Positions 19,111-27,658 of a stretch of DNA of 64,000 nucleotides are shown piece by piece; position 1 is the stretch's first letter, and each line of letters begins with the position of its first letter. Source of the stretch: an uncultured Pseudomonadota bacterium (GTDB lineage: Bacteria > Pseudomonadota > Gammaproteobacteria > Burkholderiales > Methylophilaceae). The translations under genes were made by a program, and so were the position numbers. Under the pieces are notes generated by a model. That model searched no databases, had not been told where the DNA came from, and worked only from the letters and a program-made list of their open reading frames with translations. The stretch is taken from assembly GCA_903846555.1 (NCBI GenBank), contig CAINBI010000077.1:5145-69144 (forward strand), in the 5' to 3' direction.

Positions 19111-19235
19111 TTTGGTGAGACGAAACGTGATGAGTGCAAGGCGCGTAAAACGGATTTGGCGAAGGCAGTACATTAAGTACGGCGAGACAAAACGGCCTCA
19201 CGCAACGCCGCAATCACGCGTAGCAGACCACCAAA
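19111..19235. repeat. GC-rich inverted-repeat element filling the groES-groEL spacer
   Basis: Termini tttggtg (19111-19117) / caccaaa (19229-19235), with imperfect arms of about 35 nt (cgtgat/atcacg). It abuts the groES stop codon and makes the spacer 167 nt long. Confidence 0.6.
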
Positions 19236-19523
19236 TTATTCAACAATCGCCATAATGTCTTCTTCACGCATGACTAATAACTCTTCGCCATCCACTTTTA
19301 CAGTTTGGCCTGCGTATTTACCGAACAGCACTTTGTCGCCCACTTTAACGTCTAAAGGAATAACTTTACCGCTGTCGTCACGTTTGCCAGAACCGATGGC
19401 TTGAACTACACCTTGATCAGGTTTTTCTGTTGCGCTATCTGGAATCACAATGCCAGATGCTGTAGTACGCTCTTCTTCAGAACGTTTTACAATGACGCGG
19501 TCGTGTAAAGGACGGATTTTCAT
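19236..19523 (-). CDS. groS: Co-chaperonin GroES
   Basis: 95 aa; [14 protein letters not shown]... Confidence 0.98.
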   Translation of the reverse strand: MKIRPLHDRVIVKRSEEERTTASGIVIPDSATEKPDQGVVQAIGSGKRDDSGKVIPLDVKVGDKVLFGKYAGQTVKVDGEELLVMREEDIMAIVE

Positions 19524-19691
19524 ACGATTTCTCCAAAAATTAAATCAACAATTAAATCAAAAAAATAAATAACGTTAAAACAAATAAAACTCCTAAAAAT
19601 TATTGCTAAGAGACTGATAAAGTCAGATCTTATAAATCTCTTTTGATAACGCACGCAGTTTAGTTTTAAACCATGCAGAACGGCTGCGATT

Positions 19692-19718
19692 TTAGCACTC
19701 AAATACCTAGAGTGCTAA
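19692..19718. promoter_or_regulatory. CIRCE operator (HrcA binding site)
   Basis: TTAGCACTC-N9-GAGTGCTAA, a perfect match to the CIRCE consensus, upstream of groES. Confidence 0.9.
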
Positions 19719-19746
19719 TTATTGGGTTGACCTAGAATATTTCAAG
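19719..19746 (-). promoter_or_regulatory. Heat-shock promoter candidate for groESL (sigma32-like; a sigma70 reading is also possible)
   Basis: Minus strand reads CTTGAAA-13 nt-CCCAATAA, against the sigma32 consensus CTTGAAA-N13-15-CCCCATNT. Alternatively TTGAAA-17 nt-ATAATT. CIRCE starts immediately after the -10. Confidence 0.6.
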
Positions 19747-19814
19747 ATTAAATCTAGAAATATTTACATAAAAACCTTATGCTACACATTGTATTCAATG
19801 GTTAAAACAAGCTT

Positions 19815-20375
19815 ATGACACAAAACGAATCTGCAATTGAACAAATTAACCTTGGCTATAATGAGCCAGAAGATAGGTTGTTGCTAAAGGTTGGCCTTGC
19901 TGATAAAACTGAGGTCGCGGTATGGATTACGCGGCGTGTGTGCAAGTTAATGTGGAGTGCGCTACATGCCGCCAGCAACGCGTTATTGCCCACGGCGACT
20001 CACTTTGCAGCGCCTACCATTACAACGCCAGATGGTAAAAATCAAGCGATTAAAAACTTTATTCAAGCGGCAGACGTGCAGCAGAGAATTGAGCGTCTGG
20101 ATTTTAAGTCTGAATATACTTCAGATAGGCTATCACGCTCAGAAGAGCCTATGCTGGCGGTGCAATGCATGATAGTAACTATCGGCAATTTACCCCCACA
20201 GTTAGAGTTGCAATGCACCAATGGGCAGGCCGTTAAAATTGCGCTTACCCATGAGTTGGTGCATGCCGTCACTAGTATGATGCAGCTGGCAACGCGTGAA
20301 GCAGGTTGGGATTTAATGATGGACGCAGACACCAAGCTAGTCAACATCATTTCTGCAACGCAAACCTTACATTAA
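19815..20375 (+). CDS. Hypothetical protein
   Basis: 186-aa ORF with native-looking composition, divergent from groES. No motif recognised. Confidence 0.55.
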   Translation: MTQNESAIEQINLGYNEPEDRLLLKVGLADKTEVAVWITRRVCKLMWSALHAASNALLPTATHFAAPTITTPDGKNQAIKNFIQAADVQQRIERLDFKSEYTSDRLSRSEEPMLAVQCMIVTIGNLPPQLELQCTNGQAVKIALTHELVHAVTSMMQLATREAGWDLMMDADTKLVNIISATQTLH

Positions 20376-20390
20376 GTAGATAATCAAACT

Positions 20391-21449
20391 ATGCAATATC
20401 GTCAATTAGGTGGTTCCAATTTAAACGTTTCAGCTGTTTGCCTAGGCACCATGACCTATGGCGACCAAAATACCGAGGCCGAAGCACACGAGCAGTTAGA
20501 TTATGCCTTAGCGCACGGTATCAATTTTATTGATACCGCTGAAATGTATCCCGTGCCGCCCAAGGCCGAAACCTTTACCCGCACCGAAACCATGCTGGGT
20601 CATTGGCTTAAAAATCAGCAGCGCGATAAAATTATTTTGGGCAGCAAAGTGGCAGGGCGTAACCGTGGGCTAAGCTGGATACGCAATGGCGATGAATCAC
20701 TTACCAAGGCTAATATTCGTAGTGCCATTCATGATTCTTTAAAGCGCTTGCAAACTGACTATATCGACCTTTATCAACTACATTGGCCAGAGCGCAATGT
20801 GCCGCTGTTTGGGCAATATCAGTTTGATCCTAAATTAGAGCTGGACGCACAAGGCAATCAAAAAGCGTGGGTGAGCATACACAGCCAATTAGATACGCTA
20901 GCCGAACTTATACAAGAAGGCAAAGTGCGCGCCATTGGGCTTTCTAATGAGCAGCCGTGGGGCATTATGGAGTTTTTGCGTCTCAGCAAAGAATATAATT
21001 TGCCACGCGTTGCCACCCTGCAAAATAGCTATCATTTGATGAATCGCACGGTTGACTTTGGCATTAGCGAAATTTTGTATCGTGAAAATGTTAGCCTGCT
21101 TGCCTATTCTCCGCTGGCCTTTGGACATTTAACAGGCAAATACCTTGATGATCCACAAGCAAAAGGGCGTGTCACCATGTTTTTAGGCTACGCCCAACGC
21201 TATAATAAACCGAATGTAGCCGCCGCCAGCGTAGCCTACGCCAAGTTGGCGCGCGACCATGGCTTAACGCCGACGCAACTAGCCTTGAGTTTTGTGATGC
21301 ATCGCTGGTGCGTAACTAGCACTATTATTGGCGCAACCAACATGATGCAGTTGAAAGAAAATATAGCCGCCTGGAACACGACGTTATCACCAGAAGTTAT
21401 GCTGGAGATTGATCGATTACATCTACTGATGACGAACCCAGCGCCTTAA
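20391..21449 (+). CDS. NADP(H)-dependent aldo-keto reductase (Tas-like)
   Basis: 352 aa; GTMTYG, INFIDTAEMY, DLYQLHWP motifs. Confidence 0.9.
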   Translation: MQYRQLGGSNLNVSAVCLGTMTYGDQNTEAEAHEQLDYALAHGINFIDTAEMYPVPPKAETFTRTETMLGHWLKNQQRDKIILGSKVAGRNRGLSWIRNGDESLTKANIRSAIHDSLKRLQTDYIDLYQLHWPERNVPLFGQYQFDPKLELDAQGNQKAWVSIHSQLDTLAELIQEGKVRAIGLSNEQPWGIMEFLRLSKEYNLPRVATLQNSYHLMNRTVDFGISEILYRENVSLLAYSPLAFGHLTGKYLDDPQAKGRVTMFLGYAQRYNKPNVAAASVAYAKLARDHGLTPTQLALSFVMHRWCVTSTIIGATNMMQLKENIAAWNTTLSPEVMLEIDRLHLLMTNPAP

Positions 21450-21507
21450 ATTTGGTGCAAACTAAATCAGAAATTTTTTTAAATATTTATTAAAAAAGAA
21501 AGTCACT

Positions 21508-21849
21508 ATGAGCACCTTACCCAATTGTCCAAAATGTAATTCAGAATATAGCTATGAAGATGGTGATATGTACGTTTGCCCAGAATGTGCGCATGAATGG
21601 GCTAAAGATGGCGCCGCTGAAAAGTCAGATGAAGCGCGTGTCATCAAAGATTCTAACGGCAATATTCTGCAAGATGGCGACACCATTACCGTGATTAAAG
21701 ACCTTAAAGTAAAAGGCTCATCATTGGTGGTTAAAGTGGGTACTAAAGTGAAAAATATCCGTTTGGTCGATGGCGACCACGATATTGACTGCAAAATCGA
21801 TGGTATAGGCGCGATGAAGTTGAAGTCTGAGTTTGTTAAGAAAGCTTAA
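21508..21849 (+). CDS. yjdM: Zinc-ribbon protein YjdM/PhnA
   Basis: 113 aa; [25 protein letters not shown] zinc ribbon plus a C-terminal SH3-like part. Confidence 0.92.
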   Translation: MSTLPNCPKCNSEYSYEDGDMYVCPECAHEWAKDGAAEKSDEARVIKDSNGNILQDGDTITVIKDLKVKGSSLVVKVGTKVKNIRLVDGDHDIDCKIDGIGAMKLKSEFVKKA

Positions 21850-21917
21850 AGTTTTGGCTAAAGAGAAGGTAATTGTGGTTCCTTATATTCTTTTTCAAAT
21901 AAACATAAAGGTTAATC

Positions 21918-22778
21918 ATGTCAACCGTTAGAGAGCATTTTGATATAACTGCAAAAGCCCTGAATGCACAGACAAGCTGGTCGTTTATAAATGGTGACAA
22001 TGGCATCGAATGTATAGTGCTAGGAAAAATTTCATATTGTTTTGAAGAAAATGCTAAATACTGGTCTTTTTTTATACCTGAAGGAGCAAGTGTTAGCTGT
22101 GTTGAATATATGCTTAATATGCCTGACACCGCTCAATGTGTTATTACGGAAGAAGTGGCCATTTCACAAATAGCGGGTTTTACCGATAGTCCAGAACGCT
22201 ATCTGCTAGAATCTTTAAAATTTACTGGGCGAATTTATTTATATATTGATGAAGAATTAACACAAGACCTAATCGAGCGGACAGTAAATTTAGGAAAACG
22301 GCATGGATTTAGTGTGGCAGTAAGAGATAGAGCATATGTAAAAGCCTGCTATGAATTATCCAAGCCGCTTGTGTTTATTTCTCATGACTCACGAGATAAA
22401 GACGTTTTAGTTAGGAATTTGGCACTGGAGATGTCGATGCTTCTATGTCCTGTTTGGTATGATGAATTTTCGCTAAATGTTGGTGACAGCCTTCGAGAAA
22501 ACATAGAGCGAGGGCTTAAAGAAGCAAAAAAATGTGTTGTTATATTATCCCAAAATTTTATTTCAAATGGTGGCTGGACAAAAGCGGAATTCGACTCGAT
22601 TTATATTCGTGAGATACATGAAAAAAAGAATGTTATTCTTCCAGTTTGGCATAACGTCAGCGTACAGGAGGTTTATGAATACAGCCCCCGCTTAGCTGAT
22701 AAGGTGGCGTTGAACTCATCAATAGGAGAAAAAGCGTTAGCTAAAAAATTGGTTGAAGCCGTTACCAAGCCTGTCTAG
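21918..22778 (+). CDS. Unknown N-terminal domain (about 148 aa) fused to a C-terminal TIR domain
   Basis: From aa 150: LVFISHDSRDKD...VWYDEFSLNVGDSLRENIERGL...VVILSQNF...GGWTKAEF...ILPVWHNVS..EVYEYSPRLA is a classic bacterial TIR_2 pattern, including the W-x3-E glutamate (E224, nt 22587-22589). The gene is AT-richer than its flanks. Confidence 0.8.
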   Translation: MSTVREHFDITAKALNAQTSWSFINGDNGIECIVLGKISYCFEENAKYWSFFIPEGASVSCVEYMLNMPDTAQCVITEEVAISQIAGFTDSPERYLLESLKFTGRIYLYIDEELTQDLIERTVNLGKRHGFSVAVRDRAYVKACYELSKPLVFISHDSRDKDVLVRNLALEMSMLLCPVWYDEFSLNVGDSLRENIERGLKEAKKCVVILSQNFISNGGWTKAEFDSIYIREIHEKKNVILPVWHNVSVQEVYEYSPRLADKVALNSSIGEKALAKKLVEAVTKPV

Positions 22779-22809
22779 GCTCAGCAATAGCAGGGGTCGT
22801 ACGATTAAC

Positions 22810-24726
22810 TTAAGGCCGCTTTGCGTGAAACATCAACGTCTGCGGTGGCCCCATCTTAATCACTGGTTTACGAATGCTGCCCATCACATGCATTTCGCAA
22901 GGTTTGCAGTCAAATTTCAAGGTGAATCTATCGTTGCCGTTAATTAGCGTCATTGGTTCGGCGGTTACCGTGCCTTGCACGCCAATCACACCTTTGGCTT
23001 CTTTTGGGCACATGCCGTGGCTAAAGCGCAGGCAATGTTTGGTAATCATTAGCGGTACTTCGCCTAATTCTTTATTGGCTTCGTAGGCAGAGGCAATGAG
23101 TTTCACGCCGTGTTTTTCGTAAAAATGGCGGGCTTTTTGGTTATACACATTGGCCAGATAAGTTAAAGTATCTTCTGGAAAAATGACTGGAGGCACTGCG
23201 GCAGCTTTAGGTTGCGGGCGTTGATAGCCCTTTTGGCGTACTTGCTCTAATTGCGTAATTGCATCGCGGCGTAAATTATTGACTACGGAAGCTGGCACAA
23301 ACCAAGCTTGGGTAGTCTGCAAATAGATTTCATTCGCCATAAAATTGGTATTGCCGAGTTTGCTTAAATTTTCACGCAAGCTGAGTTCTGATTTGGCAAT
23401 ATTGTCAGCCACTTGTTTATCAGCCACGCAATTGACTGTTGCGCTAAAACCAGCATCGTCGGTCACGCTTAGCGTAAAGCCGTCGCTAGTTTCGGCAAAA
23501 ATCATTTGCAATTGAATATTGCGTTGTGCGGAATCTTTTTCTAACAAACGCATAAATGCATGGTCGCGGTTGCGATACATCTGCATATTATTTCTAATAT
23601 CGACTGGCATTTCATTGGGAAATAGTTTTTTGCCGTCTACCGTATTGATGCGCAAGCCGACTAATTCTTTGTGTACGTCAAAAAAGCATACGCCATCGCC
23701 GTTGTGCAGTTGCACGTCTGATTCAACTTCAAAAAAGTCTTTGCCGACTTTTGACACTAATCCCAAGGTTTCACCAGAAAACTTAGGCGTATCAAACGCG
23801 CCAATATCCGCTTGGCGACCATTTACAAAATAATCCGTCGCGCTACGGTTAAAGGTTTTTTCTGGCTGCGGGTTAAACGTGTAAGTGCTAATGCCTGAAG
23901 ATGACTTTGCTAGCTCTGGCGATTCGTGCAAAATTTCGTCTAACAATTGGCGATAATGCGCGGTGGCATTTTTAACGTAAGGTAAATCTTTATAGCGGCC
24001 TTCAATTTTAAATGAGCTGACACCCGCACCAATTAAGGCGCGCAGGTTGGCACTTTGGTCATTATCTTTCATGGATAAAAAGTGTTTATCCTTGCCGATG
24101 ATGCGACCTTTTGAATCTTCCAGCGTAAAGGGCAAACGACATTCTTGTGAACATTCGCCACGATTTGCACTGCGGCCAGTGTGCGCGTGGCTGATGAAAC
24201 ATTGCCCGCTAAATGCCACGCACAATGCACCGTGAACAAAAAACTCTAAGTTACATTCTGTCGCGGCGGCAATTTTTTGTATGGTGTGCAAATCTAACTC
24301 GCGCGCCAACACCATTTGCGAAAAGCCGACTTGATCTAAAAACACCGCTTTTTCTACGGTGCGAATGTCGGCTTGCGTGCTGGCATGCAGTTGAATCGGC
24401 GGTAAATCCATTTGTAGCAAGCCCATATCTTGCACAATCAGCGCGTCTACTTCGGCATCGTAAAGCTGATGCGCCAACTTACGCACGCCTTCCAGCTCGT
24501 TATCATGAAAAATCGTATTCAGCGCCACAAACACTTCGGCATGGTAACGGTGCGCATGTTTAACCAAACGTACAATATCTTCTAGCGTATTAGGTGCTTT
24601 AGCCCGCGCGCCAAACGCTGGTCCACCGATATACACGGCATCTGCACCGTGATTAATCGCTTCTATGCCAAAATCTGCATTTTTAGCAGGGGCGAGAAGT
24701 TCTAAGTGGCGGCGGGTTTTTAGCAT
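22810..24726 (-). CDS. Peptidase U32 family protein, long form (RlhA/YdcP-like)
   Basis: 638 aa; LELLAPA..., EFFVHGALCVAFSGQC...RSANRGECSQECR U32 signature, plus a long C-terminal extension as in E. coli YdcP/RlhA. Confidence 0.8.
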   Translation of the reverse strand: MLKTRRHLELLAPAKNADFGIEAINHGADAVYIGGPAFGARAKAPNTLEDIVRLVKHAHRYHAEVFVALNTIFHDNELEGVRKLAHQLYDAEVDALIVQDMGLLQMDLPPIQLHASTQADIRTVEKAVFLDQVGFSQMVLARELDLHTIQKIAAATECNLEFFVHGALCVAFSGQCFISHAHTGRSANRGECSQECRLPFTLEDSKGRIIGKDKHFLSMKDNDQSANLRALIGAGVSSFKIEGRYKDLPYVKNATAHYRQLLDEILHESPELAKSSSGISTYTFNPQPEKTFNRSATDYFVNGRQADIGAFDTPKFSGETLGLVSKVGKDFFEVESDVQLHNGDGVCFFDVHKELVGLRINTVDGKKLFPNEMPVDIRNNMQMYRNRDHAFMRLLEKDSAQRNIQLQMIFAETSDGFTLSVTDDAGFSATVNCVADKQVADNIAKSELSLRENLSKLGNTNFMANEIYLQTTQAWFVPASVVNNLRRDAITQLEQVRQKGYQRPQPKAAAVPPVIFPEDTLTYLANVYNQKARHFYEKHGVKLIASAYEANKELGEVPLMITKHCLRFSHGMCPKEAKGVIGVQGTVTAEPMTLINGNDRFTLKFDCKPCEMHVMGSIRKPVIKMGPPQTLMFHAKRP

Positions 24727-24731
24727 AACGG

Positions 24732-25115
24732 TTAATGTCGATCAATATCAAAAGTGGCCGCTATATTAAGGCGCATTGCCACTACCATCAACCGTTTATC
24801 GCGTGTCCAAAGCGTGGTATTTGCAGTTAATTGCGTAGAGGCTAATAAATGCGCGTCAATTAAGCCAATACCCAAGCCAAACAAAGCATGTTTTTCTATA
24901 AAATAATTAGCTTCTTCGGCATAAGCGACAGTGACTTGCGGAAGGTTGTCTAGCAAACTTAAAATTTGCTCACGCTGGCGTAAATTACCCAGCGCCAACT
25001 CGCCACGTACAAATGGGTGAACTGACACCCTGTTTTGCGTGAGCAATTGCGCCAGCATTACGTCATTTTCGCGCAAGTGGTCTATCCATACCGAGCTATC
25101 CACCAGCACCATCAT
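24732..25115 (-). CDS. vapC: Type II toxin VapC (PIN-domain ribonuclease)
   Basis: 127 aa; acidic PIN residues in LVDSSVWID, RGEL, LIDAHL and TRDKR. Lies 3 nt downstream of the antitoxin gene. Confidence 0.88.
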   Translation of the reverse strand: MMVLVDSSVWIDHLRENDVMLAQLLTQNRVSVHPFVRGELALGNLRQREQILSLLDNLPQVTVAYAEEANYFIEKHALFGLGIGLIDAHLLASTQLTANTTLWTRDKRLMVVAMRLNIAATFDIDRH

Positions 25116-25118
25116 GGT

Positions 25119-25313
25119 CTATTCAACACTTTTTCTACGCGCAATATTGTCTAACTGTGGCTCACTACCGCCTAAGCTCGCCAACCTCTGCGCACTTTCA
25201 CGCGCGATTAACGCTTTTAATGCCTCTTTAACCAAGCTAGATTTCTCTTGTAAGTTAGTTAAAGCCTGCGCTTTAGCTAATAAATCATCATCTAATACAA
25301 TGGTAGTTCTCAT
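25119..25313 (-). CDS. vapB: Type II antitoxin VapB family
   Basis: 64 aa; MRTTIVLDDDLLAKAQ... is typical of VapB-type antitoxins; upstream of vapC. Confidence 0.85.
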   Translation of the reverse strand: MRTTIVLDDDLLAKAQALTNLQEKSSLVKEALKALIARESAQRLASLGGSEPQLDNIARRKSVE

Positions 25314-25342
25314 TAAAGCCTCCTAAAGCTGTTGCCACTAAT

Positions 25343-25366
25343 ATAAGCATCAAATGATGCGCTTAT
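25343..25366. promoter_or_regulatory. Imperfect palindrome, possible VapB(C) autoregulatory operator
   Basis: ataagc-atca-aa-tgat-gc-gcttat, about 30 nt upstream of the vapB start. Confidence 0.3.
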
Positions 25367-25528
25367 TCATGCGTAATGACAATATAAATTACATTTGACA
25401 TAGTTTAAGTGAGGCGTTATTTTGGATACATTTAATTGATTGTTTGGTTTGTCTATAGCGATTAATAGTCTTAATTACTTTGACCCCTGATTGTTTAAAT
25501 ATTTGTATATAATTTTGAGAAAATAACA

Positions 25529-26341
25529 ATGATAAAAAAAATTGTAATTTATGGCTTGATGATTTTCTTGGTGTATCAAGGCCTAAGTTATTACACAGCT
25601 GACGCAACAGCAAAAAAACTTTCGAGTTGTACAAATATACAGAAATATCAGCAACTTGATAAAAACTCTGTACCAACTCGAGAGAAACTTTTATTTAGTG
25701 CTAAAGCTTGGCGTTGTGTAAAACTCAAACAAAATTTTGTTGAAGCATTTTTTTTCAAAGTACCTGAGCCATGGACTAATCCATCACGACAGTATGTTGA
25801 CCCTCCTTTTACTGAAGAGGAATTAAACGAAGAAGTGACAGTTGTTGATATTGTTGTGAAAAAAGATATACAAAATTTCGCGAAGATATTTCCAAGTAAT
25901 GTTGTAAATGATATTACGCAACAAATACCAAATGTTAGTTTGACCGCTTCTGAAAGCGATGAAGTTAAAAGAGAAGTCCAAAATAAGTCAGCTATATTAA
26001 AAAAATTAATCGACAATTTAAGAGACTTTAAGCCTGAATCTGCTGAAGTCATGGTTTTAAAGACGCAACTTGCATATTCTCTAGACCAATTAAAAATAAC
26101 TTATGAAGAAGGGTTTCAGGTTTATGCGGATGCAAGTAAATGTATGGCTGAAGTGGATGCACTTCTGGCCAAGCCAAAAAGTGAGCTTCAATTGCATAGA
26201 GATGATTTGCTTAAATTTCAATCTGAAATGAATCACGTTGAACTTAAATTTAGAGGCATTCAAACAAGGGAAAAGCAGATTGAAAAAGATTTAATTAAAG
26301 TAGCGGATGAAATAGACAGCCTTATAAGAGTTTATAGATAG
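25529..26341 (+). CDS. Orphan membrane-anchored coiled-coil protein
   Basis: 270 aa with one N-terminal TM helix and a K/E/L-rich helical C-terminal half. Very AT-rich. Ends 12 nt before bioA. Confidence 0.6.
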   Translation: MIKKIVIYGLMIFLVYQGLSYYTADATAKKLSSCTNIQKYQQLDKNSVPTREKLLFSAKAWRCVKLKQNFVEAFFFKVPEPWTNPSRQYVDPPFTEEELNEEVTVVDIVVKKDIQNFAKIFPSNVVNDITQQIPNVSLTASESDEVKREVQNKSAILKKLIDNLRDFKPESAEVMVLKTQLAYSLDQLKITYEEGFQVYADASKCMAEVDALLAKPKSELQLHRDDLLKFQSEMNHVELKFRGIQTREKQIEKDLIKVADEIDSLIRVYR

Positions 26342-26353
26342 CAGGATTACGAA

Positions 26354-27658
26354 ATGACCAATCAAAATCTCCTATCACGTAGCCTGCAATCTGTCTGGCA
26401 TCCGTGCACACAGATGAAGCAGCATGAAACTTATCCGCTTATTCCCATCAAACGCGGTGATGGCGTTTGGTTGTACGACACTGAAGGCACGCGCTATTTA
26501 GACGCGGTGAGTTCTTGGTGGGTGAATTTGTTTGGGCATAATAATCCACGGATTAAAGACGCGATTAAGTTGCAGCTTGATACCTTAGAGCATGTGATGT
26601 TGGCGGGTTTTACCCATGAACCGGTGGTTGAGTTGTCTGAAAAGCTCGCTAAACTGACAGGTTTAGGTCATGCCTTTTATGCGAGTGACGGCGCGAGTGC
26701 GACTGAAATTGCGCTGAAGATGAGTTTTCATTATTGGCGTAACAGTGGTCAAAGTAAAAAAAACAAATTTATCAGCTTGCAAAATAGTTATCATGGCGAA
26801 ACTTTAGGGGCGCTAGGCGTCACAGACGTGGCGATTTTCAAAGATACTTATGCGCCATTGTTAATGCAATCTGCCCAAATGCCTAGCCCTGATTTTAGAT
26901 TGAGCGAGGTGGGCGAGAGCGCTGAAGCTTTTGCCTTGCGCTGTGCCGATGCTTTAGATTTTTATGTAAGCGAGCATCATGCAACATTAGCGGCTTTTAT
27001 TATCGAGCCGCTTATTCAGTGCGCGGCAGGCATTGGTATGTATCACCCCACTTATTTGCGGCGTGCGCGTAAAATTTGCAGCCAATATGGCGTGCACTTA
27101 ATTGCCGATGAAATCGCGGTTGGGTTCGGGCGAACTGGGACTATGTTTGCTTGTGAGCAAGCCGCTATAGTGCCTGATTTTATTTGCTTATCTAAAGGCA
27201 TTACTGGCGGTTATTTACCGTTATCCGCAGTGCTGACCACCGATAAAGTGTACCAAGCTTTTTATGATGACAGTACGCTAAAAGGTTTTTTGCATAGCCA
27301 TAGCTACACAGGAAATCCGCTGGCTTGTAGTGCCGCATTGGCAACACTGGCGATATTTGAGTCTGACAATATTATCGAAACCAATAAAGCTAAAGCAGCT
27401 TATTTAGCGAGCCAGATGCAAGTGCTCGCTAACCTGCCGATTAAGCATATACGGCATCAGGGTATGATTTTAGCGTTTGACGTTCAAACGCGTAATGCTC
27501 AATTCTCTAGAGATTGTTACTCTGCCGCATTAAGGCAAGGCTTACTGTTACGGCCGATTGGCAGCACGGTTTATGTTATGCCGCCATACACCATTACTGA
27601 GGCTGAAATTGATTTGATGATGCAAGCAACGCTTCAAGCCATTCAGCATGCGTTATGA
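26354..27658 (+). CDS. bioA: Adenosylmethionine-8-amino-7-oxononanoate aminotransferase
   Basis: 434 aa; class-III aminotransferase, DEIAVGFGRTG and LSKGITGGYLPL (PLP lysine). Confidence 0.93.
   Translation: MTNQNLLSRSLQSVWHPCTQMKQHETYPLIPIKRGDGVWLYDTEGTRYLDAVSSWWVNLFGHNNPRIKDAIKLQLDTLEHVMLAGFTHEPVVELSEKLAKLTGLGHAFYASDGASATEIALKMSFHYWRNSGQSKKNKFISLQNSYHGETLGALGVTDVAIFKDTYAPLLMQSAQMPSPDFRLSEVGESAEAFALRCADALDFYVSEHHATLAAFIIEPLIQCAAGIGMYHPTYLRRARKICSQYGVHLIADEIAVGFGRTGTMFACEQAAIVPDFICLSKGITGGYLPLSAVLTTDKVYQAFYDDSTLKGFLHSHSYTGNPLACSAALATLAIFESDNIIETNKAKAAYLASQMQVLANLPIKHIRHQGMILAFDVQTRNAQFSRDCYSAALRQGLLLRPIGSTVYVMPPYTITEAEIDLMMQATLQAIQHAL

Noticed and set aside
19111-19235. Possible kinship between the groES-groEL spacer element and the 1003-1120 / polA repeat family (shared aaatccgtt 9-mer and ggtgagac 8-mer).
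   Set aside because: Matches this short are expected by chance between 120-nt sequences, and the arm sequences do not align. I treat them as separate elements.
19520-19702. 60-codon ORF in the groES leader that starts inside CIRCE and ends in an ATGA overlap with the groES start.
   Set aside because: It has a TTG start in the CIRCE loop with no RBS. The product is an AT-driven hydrophobic string (F/I/L-rich), and the ORF is most simply a by-product of the AT-rich leader. The ATGA overlap is noted, but I cannot support it as a coupling uORF.
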